Positions 25,212 through 38,104 of a stretch of 64,000 nucleotides of DNA are shown piece after piece (within the stretch, counting starts at the first letter, position 1; every line of letters begins with the position of its first letter). The position numbers and the translations under genes are program-made. The notes below the pieces were generated by a model that did not search any database, had not been told where the DNA came from, and saw only the letters and a program-made list of their open reading frames with translations. Source of the stretch: Torpedo marmorata (lineage: Eukaryota); NCBI GenBank assembly GCA_977017645.1, contig OZ360224.1, positions 181,412,001 through 181,476,000 on the forward strand, written 5' to 3'.

Positions 25212-26190
25212 ATCAGAATCAGAATCAGGTTTATTGTCATGAACATGTGTCGCAAAATGTGTTGTTTTGCGGCAGCAGTATTGTGCATTACAGGTGAAAA
25301 AATTGCTATAAATTACATAAATACAAGATTTAAAAAATAAATAATCAATGTAAATAAGAGAAAGAGTGAGATAGTGTCCATAGATTCATTGTCCGTTCTG
25401 AAATCTGATGGTGGAGGGGAAGAAGCTGTTTTTGTAGCATTGAGTGTGTGTCTTCAGGCTCCTGTACCTCCTTCCTGATGGCAGAAGTGAGAAGAGGGCA
25501 TGGCCTGGGTGGTGAGGGTCCTTGTTGATAGAGGCGACTTTCTTGAGACACCGCCTCTTAAAGATGTCCTTAATGGAGTGAGGACTAATGTCCATGATGA
25601 TGCTGGCTGAGTTTACAACCCTCTGTAGACTTTTCCTGTCCTGTGCATTGGCACCTCCATACCAAACAGTGATGCAACCAGTCAGAATGCTCTCCACAGT
25701 ACACCTGTAGAAATTCGCAAGAGTCTTTGGTGACATAACAAATCTCTTCAAACTCCTCATGAAATATAGCCACTGGCATGTCTTCTTCATGATTGCATCA
25801 ACATGATGACCCCAGGATAGATCTTCAGAGATGTTGACACCCAGGAATTTGAAGTTCTTAACCCTTTACATTACTGATCCCTCGATGAGGACTGGTTCCT
25901 GTTCTCCTGATTTTCCCCTCCTGAAGTCCACAATCAGTTTTGCTGACCGTTGAGTGCATGGTTGTTGTGACACCACTCAACGAGCTGATCTATCTCCCTC
26001 CTGTACGCTTCCTCATTGCCATCTGATTCTGCCGACGACTGTGGTGTCATTGGCAAATTTGGAGATGGCATATGAATTGTGCCTAACTACACAGTCATGG
26101 ATGTAGAGAGAGTAGAGCAGTGGGCTAAGCACGCATCTTTGAGGTGCCCGTTTATTGATTGTCAGTGAGGAGGAGATGTTGTTACCGATC
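25212..26190 (-). mobile_element. Rex1/Babar-type LINE 3' fragment
   Basis: ORFs 25386-25790 and 26013-26204 are near-copies of the protein encoded at 8005-8760. Tail (ctgatt)n. Confidence 0.9.
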
Positions 26191-26941
26191 CAAGGTGCAA
26201 GCAAGGTACACAGAAGGTTTTCCTTGCAGAGAGTAGCGACTCTCTGGAATTCTCTATCCCAGAGAGTAGCGCAGGCTGCCTCTTTAGAAGTGTTGAAAGT
26301 AGAGGTAGATATATTTTTGAAAGATCATAGAACTGAGGGCCATGGGGAACTGGCTCAGAAGAGCATTTAGTCCTGGAGTAGATCAACCATGACTGAGAGG
26401 CTGACTGTTCCTATTTTATTGTGTTCTGTGTACATCACACACAAAGGAAGATTGGCTGTGTTGTCCCAGAGCAAGGAGCTCACTGTTGGAGTTCCTCAGG
26501 GCACTGACACAGGCAAACTAACGAGATGCTTCATGAGTTATCATCCCTCCATCCCACGAGCTGATAAATGGCAAGTAACATTTTAACCACAAAGATCTTA
26601 TATCTGCACCATCTAGTATTTGATATTTCTACCCTGGGAAAAAGACTCTATCAACCCAACTGTACCTCTTATAATTTTATAAACCTCTATCAGGTTGTTC
26701 CTCAGCCTCCAAAGTCCCAGAGAAAGCAATGTGACTTTGCCCAATCTCTCCATTTAGCCTATACACTCCAATCGAGGCAAATTCCTGGAGAACCTCCTCT
26801 GCACCCCCTCGAAAGCCTCCACCTACTTCCTGTATTGTGGTGACCAGAACTGCACACAATTGACAAGTCTGTCCACTAGATGAGCAGAAACATACTCCAA
26901 TGAAAATTCGGGAAGATTATAATCATCTTCTTCATGTCCAT

Positions 26942-27370
26942 TCAAAGTTCAAATTTATTGTCAGAGTACATACATGACATCACATATAACCCTGAGATTC
27001 TTTTTCCTGCGAGCTAGGCAGAATCTTTACTTATCGGCAAATCTAAACTGTACTCAAGAAAAAGATACGTATACAAAAGAGAGAAGAGGAGAAATGTAAA
27101 AAAAGACAGAAATGTAAACAAACTGACTGTATAATACAGAAAAAAATATTCAGTAATAAATAATATGCAAAGTAAGAGTCCTAAAATGAGTCTCTGATTG
27201 GGTTTGTTGTTGAGGAGTCTGATGGTGGAGGGGTAGCAGCTGTTCCTGAACCTGGTGGTGTGAGTCTTGTAGCACCTATACCTCTTTCCTGATGGCAGCA
27301 GCAAGAACAGAGCGGGTGCTATGTGGTGTGGGTCCATCATGATTGCTGCTGCTGTCCGACGGCAGCGTTC
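26942..27370 (-). mobile_element. Rex1-type LINE 3' end
   Basis: DPHHIAPALFLLLPSGKRYR…RFRNSCYPSTIRLLN. Tail gacaataaatttgaactttgaa. Confidence 0.8.
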
Positions 27371-27594
27371 CACAGCGGAGGGTGACCCTTTATTTCCTAC
27401 GCTGTGTGACCTGCTGAGATCCTCCAGAACAATTGTGTTTCGCTGCTTTACCATTTTTCAGGACAATTGCTGCTCTTCTATCTCAGGGGTATATGCCTGC
27501 ACCAACCCATATTTCCATACATTCTCATGAATCTCCCTCAAAGTGTCTCCTACTGAGTAACTCCGATGAAAAGAATTGCTTGAAATATTAAGCT

Positions 27595-28733
27595 TGTTCC
27601 TCTCTCATCACGATCCCTGACCTACTGCATTATCCCTCTACTCACGCTCCCTGACCCGCTGAGTTGTTCCTCACCTCACGCTCCCCGACCTGCTGAGTTG
27701 TTCCCCTCTCCTCACACTCCCTGACCTGCTGTGTAACCGCTCTCCTCACACTCCCTGACCTGCTGAGTTGTTCCTCTCCTCACGCTCCCTGACCTGCTGT
27801 GTAACCCCTCTCCTCACGCTCCCTGACCAGCTGAGTTGTTCCTCTCCTCACGCTCCCTGACCTGCTGAGTTGTTCCTCTCCTCACGCATCCTGATCTGCT
27901 AGTTGTACCCCTCACCTAACGCTCCCTGACCTGCTGAGTTGTTCCCCTCTCCTCACGCTCCCTGACCCGCTGAGTTGTTCCTCACCTCATGCTCACCGAC
28001 CTGCTGAATTGTTCCACTCTCCTCACGCTCCCTGACCTGCTGATTTGTTCCACTCTCCTCACGCTCCCTGACCTGCTGAGTTACCCCTCTCCTCACGCTC
28101 ACTGACCAGCGGTGTTGTTCACATCCCCTCATGCTCCCTGATCTGCTGAGTTGTTCCCCTCTCCTCACGCTCCCTGACCTGCTGAGATACCCCACTCTTA
28201 ATGCACCCGGCTCTGCTGAGTTGTTCCCGTCACCTAACATTCCCTGCCCTGCTGAGTTGTTCCCCACTCCCACGCACCCTGACCTGCTGAGATACCCCAC
28301 TCTTAATGCTCCCGGCTCTGTTGAGTTGTTCCCGTCACCTAACGCTCCCTGCCCTGCTGAGTTGTTCCCCACTCCTCACACTCCCTGACCTGCTGAGATA
28401 CCCCACTCTTAATGCTCCCGGCTCTGCTGAGTTGTTCCCCTCACCTAACATTCCCTGACCTGCTGTTACCCCTCTCCTCACGCTCCCTGACAAGCGGTGT
28501 TGTTCACATCCCCACACTCTCCCTGTCCTGCTGAGATACCCTTCTCTTAATGCTCCCTGCCCTGCTGAGTTGTTCCCCTCTCCTCACGCTCCCTGACCTG
28601 CTGAGTTACCCCTTTCCTCACGCTCCCTGACCTGCTGAGTTGTTCCCCTCTCCTCACGCTCCCTGACCTGCTGAGTTGTTCCCCGCTCCTCACGCATCCT
28701 GACCTGCTGAGTTACACCTCTCCTCACGCTCCC
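27595..28733. repeat. 33-36 bp minisatellite, block 1
   Basis: Tandem units ccctctcctcacgctccctgacctgctgagttac (34 bp) and a variant ending gagttgttc (36 bp). Confidence 0.97.
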
Positions 28734-31700
28734 TTTTTTTAAAAATAATTTTATTTAAATATTAAAATCACAAAATACATAAATCAAAAATAGTATATTA
28801 TTCAAAATACATGTGATATATTACCTCCCCCCCTCCCACCCTCCCCTCCCCAACCCCCCCAGCACTATTCTAAAAAAAAAGAAAAAAAAGAATGTTAGTT
28901 ATAAAGAAAAAAAAAAGAAAGAATTGAATAATAAAGAATTAAAGAGTTAAAGTGAGGAGAAAACAAATTACAAGCTAATTCTATTTATATATTGGAGGTT
29001 ATTTTTGCCAGCGGTACCAACTTCTAGAGAATTAATTCATACCCATAATTCTCATATATGGGCTCCAAATTTTCAAAAAGAAATGATAATTATTCCGTAA
29101 ATTATATGTAATTTTTTCCAATGGTATACAAGAACGTAATTCTGCATGTAATCTATCTAAATTCAAATCTAAATCTGATTTCCAAGCAATAGCGATACAT
29201 TTTTTTGAAACCGCTAAGACAATTCGTAAAAATTCTATTTGATACATATTCAATCTATTTCTAATACTAAATTTTTTAATATCTCCAAATAAAAATAACA
29301 TAGGATCCATTGGAACCGTAATATTAAAAATTCTATCCAAAAAATCTTTAACTTTAGACCAAAAATTTTGAATTTTTAAACATGACCATGTACAGTGTAC
29401 AAAAGAACCTATTTCATCCTTACATCTAAAACACATATCTGATAGTGCCGAGTTAAATTTCTTTAATTTTTTAGGTGTTAAATATAATTGATGAAAAAAA
29501 TTATATTGTACTAATCTATATCTAACATTAATAATTTTAGTCATACTCAATTTACATAATTCTATCCAATGTTTTTCATCTATATTAATATTTAAATCTG
29601 ATTCCCAACTTAATCTTGATTTATGTAATCCTACCTTAGGCATTTTTCTCTGAAGTAATTTATACATTTGTGATATAAATTTGTTAACATTTCCATTCGT
29701 AATTAATAATTCTAATCCATCCTGTCTTGGAGTTGTTAATTGATTCCCCAATTTCTCAACTAAAAATCCTCTAACCTGATAGTAAGCCAAAATTGTATTA
29801 TCCATTATTCCAAATTTTTCTTTCAACCTAGAGAATGTAACAAATCTTCCAGCCTCAAAACAATCTTTAATCTTCTTAATTCCTTTTTGAAACCATAGTT
29901 TTAAAAATTGATTATCAATAGAAAAAGGTAACAATAAATTCTGATACAATGGCATATTCAGAGACAATGACCCTTTTCGTCCTATCTCATTGTCTAACTG
30001 AGTCCAGATTTCCAATAAATGTTTAATAATCGATGATTTTTTCTTTTTAACTAATAATAATTTAGAATTCCATTTATAAATAATATCTTCTTTATATCTT
30101 TCCCCTATATTATTCAATTCTATATTAATCCAAGCAGTAGATTTAGTTAAATCAAAAAAATCATTAATAAACTTTAATTGAGCTGCCTTATAATAATATT
30201 GAAAATTGGGGAGTTGTAATCCACCCATCTCGTATTCCCAAGTTAATTTATCCATACTTACTCTTGCTAATTTTCCTTTCCATAGAAATTTTCTAATAAT
30301 AGTTTTTAAATCTTTAAAAAATTTTTGAGGAATTCCAAAAGGAATAGATTGAAAAAGATATTGAACTCTTGGAAAAATATTCATTTTAATACAATTCACT
30401 CTTCCCATTAAGGTAATAGGTAAATCTTTCCAATTCTCCAAATCTTTCTTTATTTTCTGAAATAAAGGTACATAATTTAATTTATATAAATTTTCCAATT
30501 TTGTATCTACTTTAACTCCCAGATATTTAATTCCTTCTTTAGCCCATTTAAATCCTGTAACTTCTTTACATTTAGTATAATCTCCTTGAGATAAAGCCAT
30601 TATTTCACTCTTATCTGAATTTATTTTGTAACCAGATATCTCACCGTACTCCCTCAATATCTTAGCTAATTGTTGAAGCGATCCAATAGATTTCGTCATA
30701 TATATTAATACATCATCTGCAAATAAACTAATTTTATGTTCTTCTGTACCTACTTTAATCCCATTTATATTAATATCTTTCCTAATCACTTCAGCCAACG
30801 GTTCTATTGCCAATACAAATAAAGCAGGTGATAAAGGGCATCCTTGTCTTGTTGACCTCAACAAAGGGAATTTAGATGATATCTGACCATTTGTAATTAC
30901 TCTAGCTGTAGGTTCTTTATATATAGTTTTAATCCAATTTATAAAAGTATTCCCAAATCCATATTTCTCTAAAACCTTAAATAAAAAATCCCATTCTAAT
31001 CTATCAAATGCTTTTTCTGCATCCAATGTTATCACCAGCGGCAAATCCTGTTTCCTTTTTTGCAACTTAATTAAACTTATTAATCTTGCTATATTATCCT
31101 TCGAATATCTATTTTTAATAAATCCTGCTTGATCTGAATGTATTAAAAACGGTAAAAACTTAGCTAGTCTGTTTGTCAAAATTTTTGCCATTAATTTATA
31201 ATCTACATTCAACAGTGATATAGGTCTGTATGACTCAGTTTTTAATACATCTCTATCTTTCTTTGGTATAACTGTAATAATAGCATTTAAAAAAGTTTTC
31301 GGTAATAAATGAGTTTCCTTAATTTGAGTCAATACTTCCATATATATAGGTATCAGTAAGTCTTTAAACTTCTTATAAAACTCTATCGGAAATCCATCAT
31401 GACTTTGAAGAAGGGCTCAAGCCTGAAACGTCAGTTATGTATTTCTACCTTTGCTACATAAAAGACACTGTTTGACCTGCTGAGTTCTCCAGCATTTGTG
31501 TTTTTTACTACATTATTACGGTGTCTACAGATTTTCGTGTTTACTTCATCATCACCAGGAGATTTACCACTTTTCAATGACGATAAAGCTTCAACTACTT
31601 CTCTCATTGTAATAGGTAAATCTAACATATCTCTATTAAAATTATTTAATTTAGGCAATGTAATTTTAGATAAAAAATTATCCATTTTTGTAACATCCTG

Positions 31701-32897
31701 ATCAATCTGCGAAGTATATAAATTCTGATAATATTCTCTGAAAGAATCATTTATTTCCTGAGGTTTATAAGTTATTTCACCAGTACTTATTTTTATAGCA
31801 TTTATAGTTTTAGAAACTTGTTCTTTTTTTAATTGCCATGCTAGAACTTTGTGCTCTTTCTCCCAATTCATAATATCTTTGTTTTGTTCTACCAATTAAT
31901 TTTTCTATTTTTCGAGTTTGTAATATATTATAATGCAATTTTTCCTAATTAAACGTTGTCTCTTAAAAATTGTTTTATTTCTTTGAAAATGTTTCTCCAT
32001 AAATTCAATCTCCCTTTCCAATTTTTCTTCTTCTTTCAAATAGTCTTTTCTAATTTTTGCCGAAAAACTTATTATCAAACCTCTTAGATATGCTTTTAAA
32101 GATTCCCAAATTATAAATTTATCATTAACTGAATTATTATTAATTCTTAAAAATTCCTGAATTTCTTTTCTTATATATTCACAAAAGTCTTTTCTATTTA
32201 ATAAAGAAGAATCTAATCTCCAATTATATACAGTTTTTTCTTTCTCTGGAATCATACATGTCATCAATAAAGGTGAATGATCTGAGATTATTCTTGCTTT
32301 ATAAGATATTTGAGTTACTCTATCCTGAATTTGTGAAGATATCAAAAACAAATCAATCCTTGAAAATGAGTTATGTCTAAAAGAATAAAATGAATAATCT
32401 TTTTCTCTAGGATTTAATTTCCTCCAGATATCTACCAGATTTAAATCATCCATTAAATTAATAATTCTTTTGACTATTTTAGGTCTAACAAATGTTTTAG
32501 TAGTTTTGTCCATGTTCGCATTTAGACAGCAATTAAAATCTCCACCAATTAAAATATTTTCCTTAGCCTCAGATAAATGTAAAAAAGTATCTTGAATAAA
32601 CTGTTCGTCATCTGGATTTGTAACATATAAATTTTAAAAAGTCCATGTTTCTGAATAGATTTGACAATGTATTAAAACATATCTACCAGCTACATCAGTC
32701 ACTACTGATTGTATTTTAAATGGTAATTTTTTATTAACTAAAATCGCTACACCTCTCGCTTTAGAGTTAAAAGATGAAGCTACGACATATCCCACCCATT
32801 CTCTTTTTAACTTTTGATGTTCCTTATCAATCAAATGTGTTTCCTGTAAAAAAGCGATATCCACTTTCAATTTTTTAATATATGCCAAAGTTTTTTT
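28734..32897 (-). mobile_element. L1-clade LINE, 5'-truncated inside the endonuclease; AT-rich ORF2 nearly complete
   Basis: APE motifs LQETH, GGDFN, SRIDLF and SDHSP. RT motifs YRPISLLNVD, RQGCPLSP and LFADD. C-terminal CFRC-x8-H-x4-C in the 769-aa ORF 29032-31341. A-rich tail at 28734-28740. Candidate TSD cctctcctcacgctcc (ambiguous because it is satellite sequence). Confidence 0.93.
31399..31438 (+). ncRNA. Minimal type I hammerhead ribozyme motif (U3 variant) within a solo 146-bp Penelope terminal unit (31401-31546)
   Basis: Stem I atgact/agttat; core UUGAAGA plus A; stem II gggc-tcaa-gcct; GAAA; palindromic ACGU in place of stem III; predicted cleavage after C31432. Unit flanked by a CATCAT duplication (31395-31400, 31547-31552). 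Activity untested. Confidence 0.65.
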
Positions 32898-35800
32898 CCT
32901 CTCCTCACGCTCCATGACCTGTTAGTTGTACCCCTCTCCTCACGCTCCCTCACCTGCTGAGTTACCCCTCTCCTCACGCTCCCTCACCTGCTGAGTTACC
33001 CCTCTCCTCACGCTCCCTCACCTGCTGAGTTACCCCTCTCCTCACGCTCCCTGACCTGCTGAGTTACCCCTCTCATCACGCTCACTGACCAGCGGTGTTG
33101 TTCACATCCCCTCACGCTCCCTGACCTGCTGAGTTACCCCTCTCCTCACGCTCCCTGACCTGCTGAGTTACCCCTCTCCTCACGCTCCCTGACCTGCTGA
33201 GTTACCCCTCTCCTCACGCTCCCTCACCTGCTGAGTTACCCCTCTCCTCACGCTCCCTCACCTGCTGAGTTACCCCTCTCCTCACGCTCCCTCACCTGCT
33301 GAGTTACCCCTCTCCTCACGCTCCCTGACCTGCTGAGTTACCCCTCTCATCACGCTCACTGACCAGCGGTGTTGTTCACATCCCCTCACGCTCCCTGACC
33401 TGCTGAGTTACCCCTCTCCTCACGCTCCCTGACCTGCTGAGTTACCCCTCTCCTCACGCTCCCTGACCTGCTGAGTTACCCCTCTCCTCACGCTCCCTCA
33501 CCTGCTGAGTTACCCCTCTCCTCACGCTCCCTCACCTGCTGAGTTACCCCTCTCCTCACGCTCCCTCACCTGCTGAGTTACCCCTCTCCTCACGCTCCCT
33601 CACCTGCTGAGTTACCCCTCTCCTCACACGCTCTCACCTGCTGAGTTACCCCTCTCCTCACCCTCCCTGACCTGCTGAGTTACCCCTCTCATCACGCTCA
33701 CTGACCAGCGGTGTTGTTCACATCCCCTCATGCTCCCTGATCTGCTGAGTTGTTCCCCTCTCCTCACGCTCCCTGACCTGCTGAGATACCCCACTCTTAA
33801 TGCACCCGGCCCTGCTGAGTTGTTCCCATCACCTAACGCTCCCTGCACTGCTGAGTTATTCCTCTCTCCTCCCGCTCCCTGACCTGCTGAGTTATTCCTC
33901 TCTCCTCCCGCTCCCTGACCTGCTGAGTTATTCCTCTCTCCTCCCGCTCCCTGACCTGCTGAGTTATTCCTCTCTCCTCCCGCTCCCTGACCTGCTGAGT
34001 TATTCCTCTCTCCTCCCGCTCCCTGACCTGCTGAGTTGTTCCCCTCTCCTCACACTCCCTGACCTGCTGATTTGTTCCCCTCTCCTCACACTCCCTGACC
34101 TGCTTTGTTGTTACCCTCTCCTCACGCTCCCTGACCTGCTGAGTTACCCCTCTCCTCACGGTCCCTGATCTGCTGAGTTGTTCCCCTCTCCTCACGCTCC
34201 TTGACCTTCTGAGTTGTTCTCCTCTCCTCACGCTCCCAAACCTGCTGAGTTACCCCTCTCCAAACGCTCCCTGACCTGCTGAGTTACCCCTTTCCTCACG
34301 CTCACTGACATGTTGAGTTGTTCCACTCTTCTCACGCTTCCTGACCTGCTGTGTTACCCCTCTCCTCACATTCCCTGACCTGCTGAGTTACCCTCTGCTC
34401 AAGCTCTCTGAACTGCTGAGTTGTTCCCCTCTTCGCAGGGTCCCTGACCTTCTGAGTTACTACTCTCCTCATGCTCCCTGTCCTGCTGAGTTACTCTGCT
34501 CACGCTCCCTGACCTGCTGAGTTTTTCCTCTCCTCATGCTCCCTGACCTGCTGAGTTACCCCTCTCCTCACGCATCCTGACCTGCTGAGTTACCCCTCTC
34601 CTCACGCATCCTGACCTGCTGAGTTACCCCTCTCCTCACGCATCCTGACCTGCTGAGTTACCCCTCTCCTCACGCTCCCTGACCTGCTGAGTTTTTCCTC
34701 TCCTCATGCTCCCTGACCTGCTGAGTTACCCCTCTCCTCACGCATCCTGACCTGCTGAGTTACCCCTCTCCTCACGCATCCTGACCTGCTGAGTTACCCC
34801 TCTCCTCACGCATCCTGACCTGCTGAGTTGTTCCTCTCTCCTCCCGCTACCTGATCTGCTGAGTTGTTCCCCTCACCTCCCGCTCCCTGACCCGCTGAGT
34901 TGTTCCCCACTCCTTACGCTCCCTGACCTGCTGAGTTACCCCTCTCCTGACGCACCCTGACCTGCTGAGATACCCCACTCTTAATGCTCCCGGCTCTGCT
35001 GTGTTGTTCCCCTCACCTCACACTCCCTGACCTGCTGAGTTGTTCCCCTCACCTCACGCTCCCTGACCTGCTGAGTTATGCCTCTCCTGACGCTCCCTGA
35101 CTTGCTGAGTTACCCTCTCCTCACCCTCCCTGACCTGCTGAGATACCCCACTCTTAATGCTCCCTGGCCTGCTGAGTTGTTCCCCTCTCCTCACGCTCCC
35201 TGACCTGCTGAGTTGTTCCCCTCTCCTCACACTCCCTGACCTGCTTTGTTTTTCCCCTCTCCTCACACTCCCTGTCCTGCTGAGTTGTTCCCCTCTCCTC
35301 ATGCTCCCTGACCTGCTGAGTTGTTCCCCTCTCCTCACACTCCCTGACCTGCTTTGTTTTTCCCCTCACCTAACACTCCCTGTCCTGCTGAGTTGTTCCT
35401 CTCTCCTCCCACTCTCTCACTGCTGAGTTGTTCCCCTTACCTAACGCTCCCTGCCCTGCTGAGTTGTTCCCAACTCCTCACGCTCCCTGATCTGCTGAGT
35501 TGTTCTCCTCTCCTCACGCTCCCTGTCCTGCTGAGTTGTTCCTCTCTCCTCCCGCTCTCTCACCTGCTGAGTTGTTCCCCTCACCTAACGCTCCCTGACC
35601 TGCTGAGTTGTTCTCCTCTCCTCACGCTCCCAAACCTACTGTGTTACCCCTCTCCTCACATTCCCTGACCTGCTGAGTTACCCCACTCTTCATGCGACCT
35701 GACCTGCTGAGTTATCCCTCTCCTCACGCTCCCTGACCTTCAGAGTTACCCCTCTCCTCACGCTCCCTGACCTGCTGAGTAACCCTTCTCTTAATGCTCC

Positions 35801-36641
35801 CTGACCTGCTGAGTTGTTCCCCTCACCTCACGCTCCCTGACCTGCTGAGTTGTTCCCCTCACCTCACGCTCCCTGACCTGCTGAGTTGTTCCCCTCTCCT
35901 GACGCTCCCTGACCTGCTGAGATACCCCACTCTTAATGCTCCCGGCTCTGCTGAGTTGTTCCCCTCACCTAACATTCCCTGACCTGCTGAGTTACCCCTC
36001 TCCTCACGCTCCCTGACCTGCTGAGTTACACCTCTCCACATTCTCCCTGACCTGCTGAGTTGTTCTCCTCTCCTCACGCTCCCAAACCAGCTGTGTTACC
36101 CCTCTCCAAAAGCTCCCTGCCCTGCTGAGGTACCCCTCTCCTCACGCTCACTGACATGTTGAGTTGTTCCCCTTCTCCTCATGCTCCCTGACCTACCGAG
36201 TCGCTCCCCTCTCCTAACGCTCCCTGACCTGCTGAGTTGTTCTCCTCACCTATCACTCCCAAACCTGCTGTGTTACCCCTCTCCTCACACTCACTGACAT
36301 GTTGAGTTGTTCCCCACTCCTCACGCTCCCTGACCTGCTGAGATACCACTCTCCTCATGCTCCCTGACTTTCTGAGTTGTTCCACTCTCCTCACGCTCCC
36401 TGACCTGCTGAAATGTTCCTCTCTTCTCAGGGTCCCTGACCTTCTGAATTGCCACTCTCCTCACACTCCCTGTCCTGCTGAGTAACCCCTCTCCTCACGC
36501 TCCCTGAGCTGGTGAGATACCCCTCTCTTCATGCTCCCCGCCCTGCTGAGTTGTTCCCCTCTCCTCACGCTCCCTGACCTTCTGAGTTACCACTCTCCTC
36601 ACACTCCCAGACCTGCTGATTTACCCCTCTGCTCACGCTCC
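32898..36641. repeat. 33-36 bp minisatellite, block 2 (with higher-order duplications)
   Basis: Same unit. The variant gaccagcggtgttgttcacatcccc recurs at ~33087, 33361 and 33703, as at 28104. Confidence 0.97.
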
Positions 36642-38104
36642 TATTATTAGTAGAGGGGCAGCTTGTTTCGCAAAACAAACTTATCTGACCCTTATAAAAC
36701 CACATAAATCTGGTCTTTTCAACAGCGTAGAATTAAGGCGCCATCTGTATGCATTAGCTTGTTTATCTGGCATTACCATAGACAAAATCAAGGGCGCGTG
36801 GTCCGATAGAAGTCTGGCTTGATATTCCGATTCAATCACTCTGCCTTCTAATTGTGCAGAAATCAGGAAATAGTTAATTCTGATGTAAGAATCATGGGGC
36901 TTTGAATAAAAGGACTAGTCTCTAGCTTGATGGTGCAACTGTCTCCATACATCTATTAGGTTTAAATCTTTCATGAAAGCCAAGGTTGTTTTAGCCGCCC
37001 TGGCTTTCTTAACTGTCTTTGCCGATTTATCCAGAATGGGATCCAGACAGAAGTTAAAATCCCCACCAATCAAAACGTTTTGTCGTCCTCCTGTCACTCT
37101 CAAAAAAATATTCTGCATAAATGACTCGTTGTCAAAATTTGGTGCATAGAGATTCAGGAGTGTCCAGGGTTCTGAGTAAATCTGACAATGTACTGTAGAA
37201 ATATAGAAATTGGGCTTACAAACATAGAAAGTATGTTTTAAAATTACCTCAGAAATTGTTGCAAGTAAGACTCAACTTAAGTTATTCAGTCAAGACGCTT
37301 CCAGAGAGCAGGGTACAAGCTTGAGGCTATCAAACTCTCAGATAAGGAAACAATTCTCACCTTTTCTACAAAGCCATATCCTGATATCTGCCCAATCCTT
37401 TTAACACAATAGCGCTAACTGGCTTTGCCATTCGAGTCAACGACCTGTCAACAAGCCGCCCATTCATAACTGGCTTCCCGCACAAATGCAGCTGATTCAA
37501 CTTTACAACCTGTCAGTCACGATTAAGTTTATCAATGGCTTTAGAAGCAAACAGCTACACTCAAAGTGCCAGTTCAGTTTCGATCTAATATTGTTTCTGC
37601 CTAGAAGTTTCTTTCCCCATTGTTAACATTGATGGCTTGATATTATTGTGAGACTGATCATTTGCATGTGATAATTAAAGACTAAATATCAGGCATACAG
37701 AATGTGGATGTTACTGTGTATTGGAAGCAATCTTTCCAGACTACTGCCAATTTCATATGCAAGAAATGATATCTTTTAATTATGACTTGTACATGTGAAT
37801 AACTGTTTGATGTCAACCATTTCCCTGTCTTTAGAAAATAGCAATGCAAAATGTAAAACATAAGCTTGTAACATTAAGTTCAAAGAGATGCCTATCAGAT
37901 TTGTATGCAAGAAAATGCCTTATATACTGTACTGTTTCCCTGGGATCTTTGAATGAGGTTCACCAGTATTAGGGAGGTGACTTTGTCTACCTACCACTAA
38001 CTACTGCTCATTCTCGCTGGCGTGACTCTAATAAATTCTCTTGTGCGTTGTACTGTGTGGTGTGGTTGTACTTTTTGTACCTTGACAGGACCTAACTATT
38101 ACAT

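Noticed and set aside
29032-31341. Horizontal transfer of the AT-rich L1
   Set aside because: Strong A-bias is normal for L1 ORF2, and a related 3' UTR occurs at 49557, so composition alone is not evidence.
27953-36394. Repetitive ORFs (LPDLLSCSPLLT / QQVREREERG) as LRR or coiled-coil proteins
   Set aside because: They are translations of the 36-bp satellite variant. The frame breaks wherever 34-bp units occur, and there is no exon structure.
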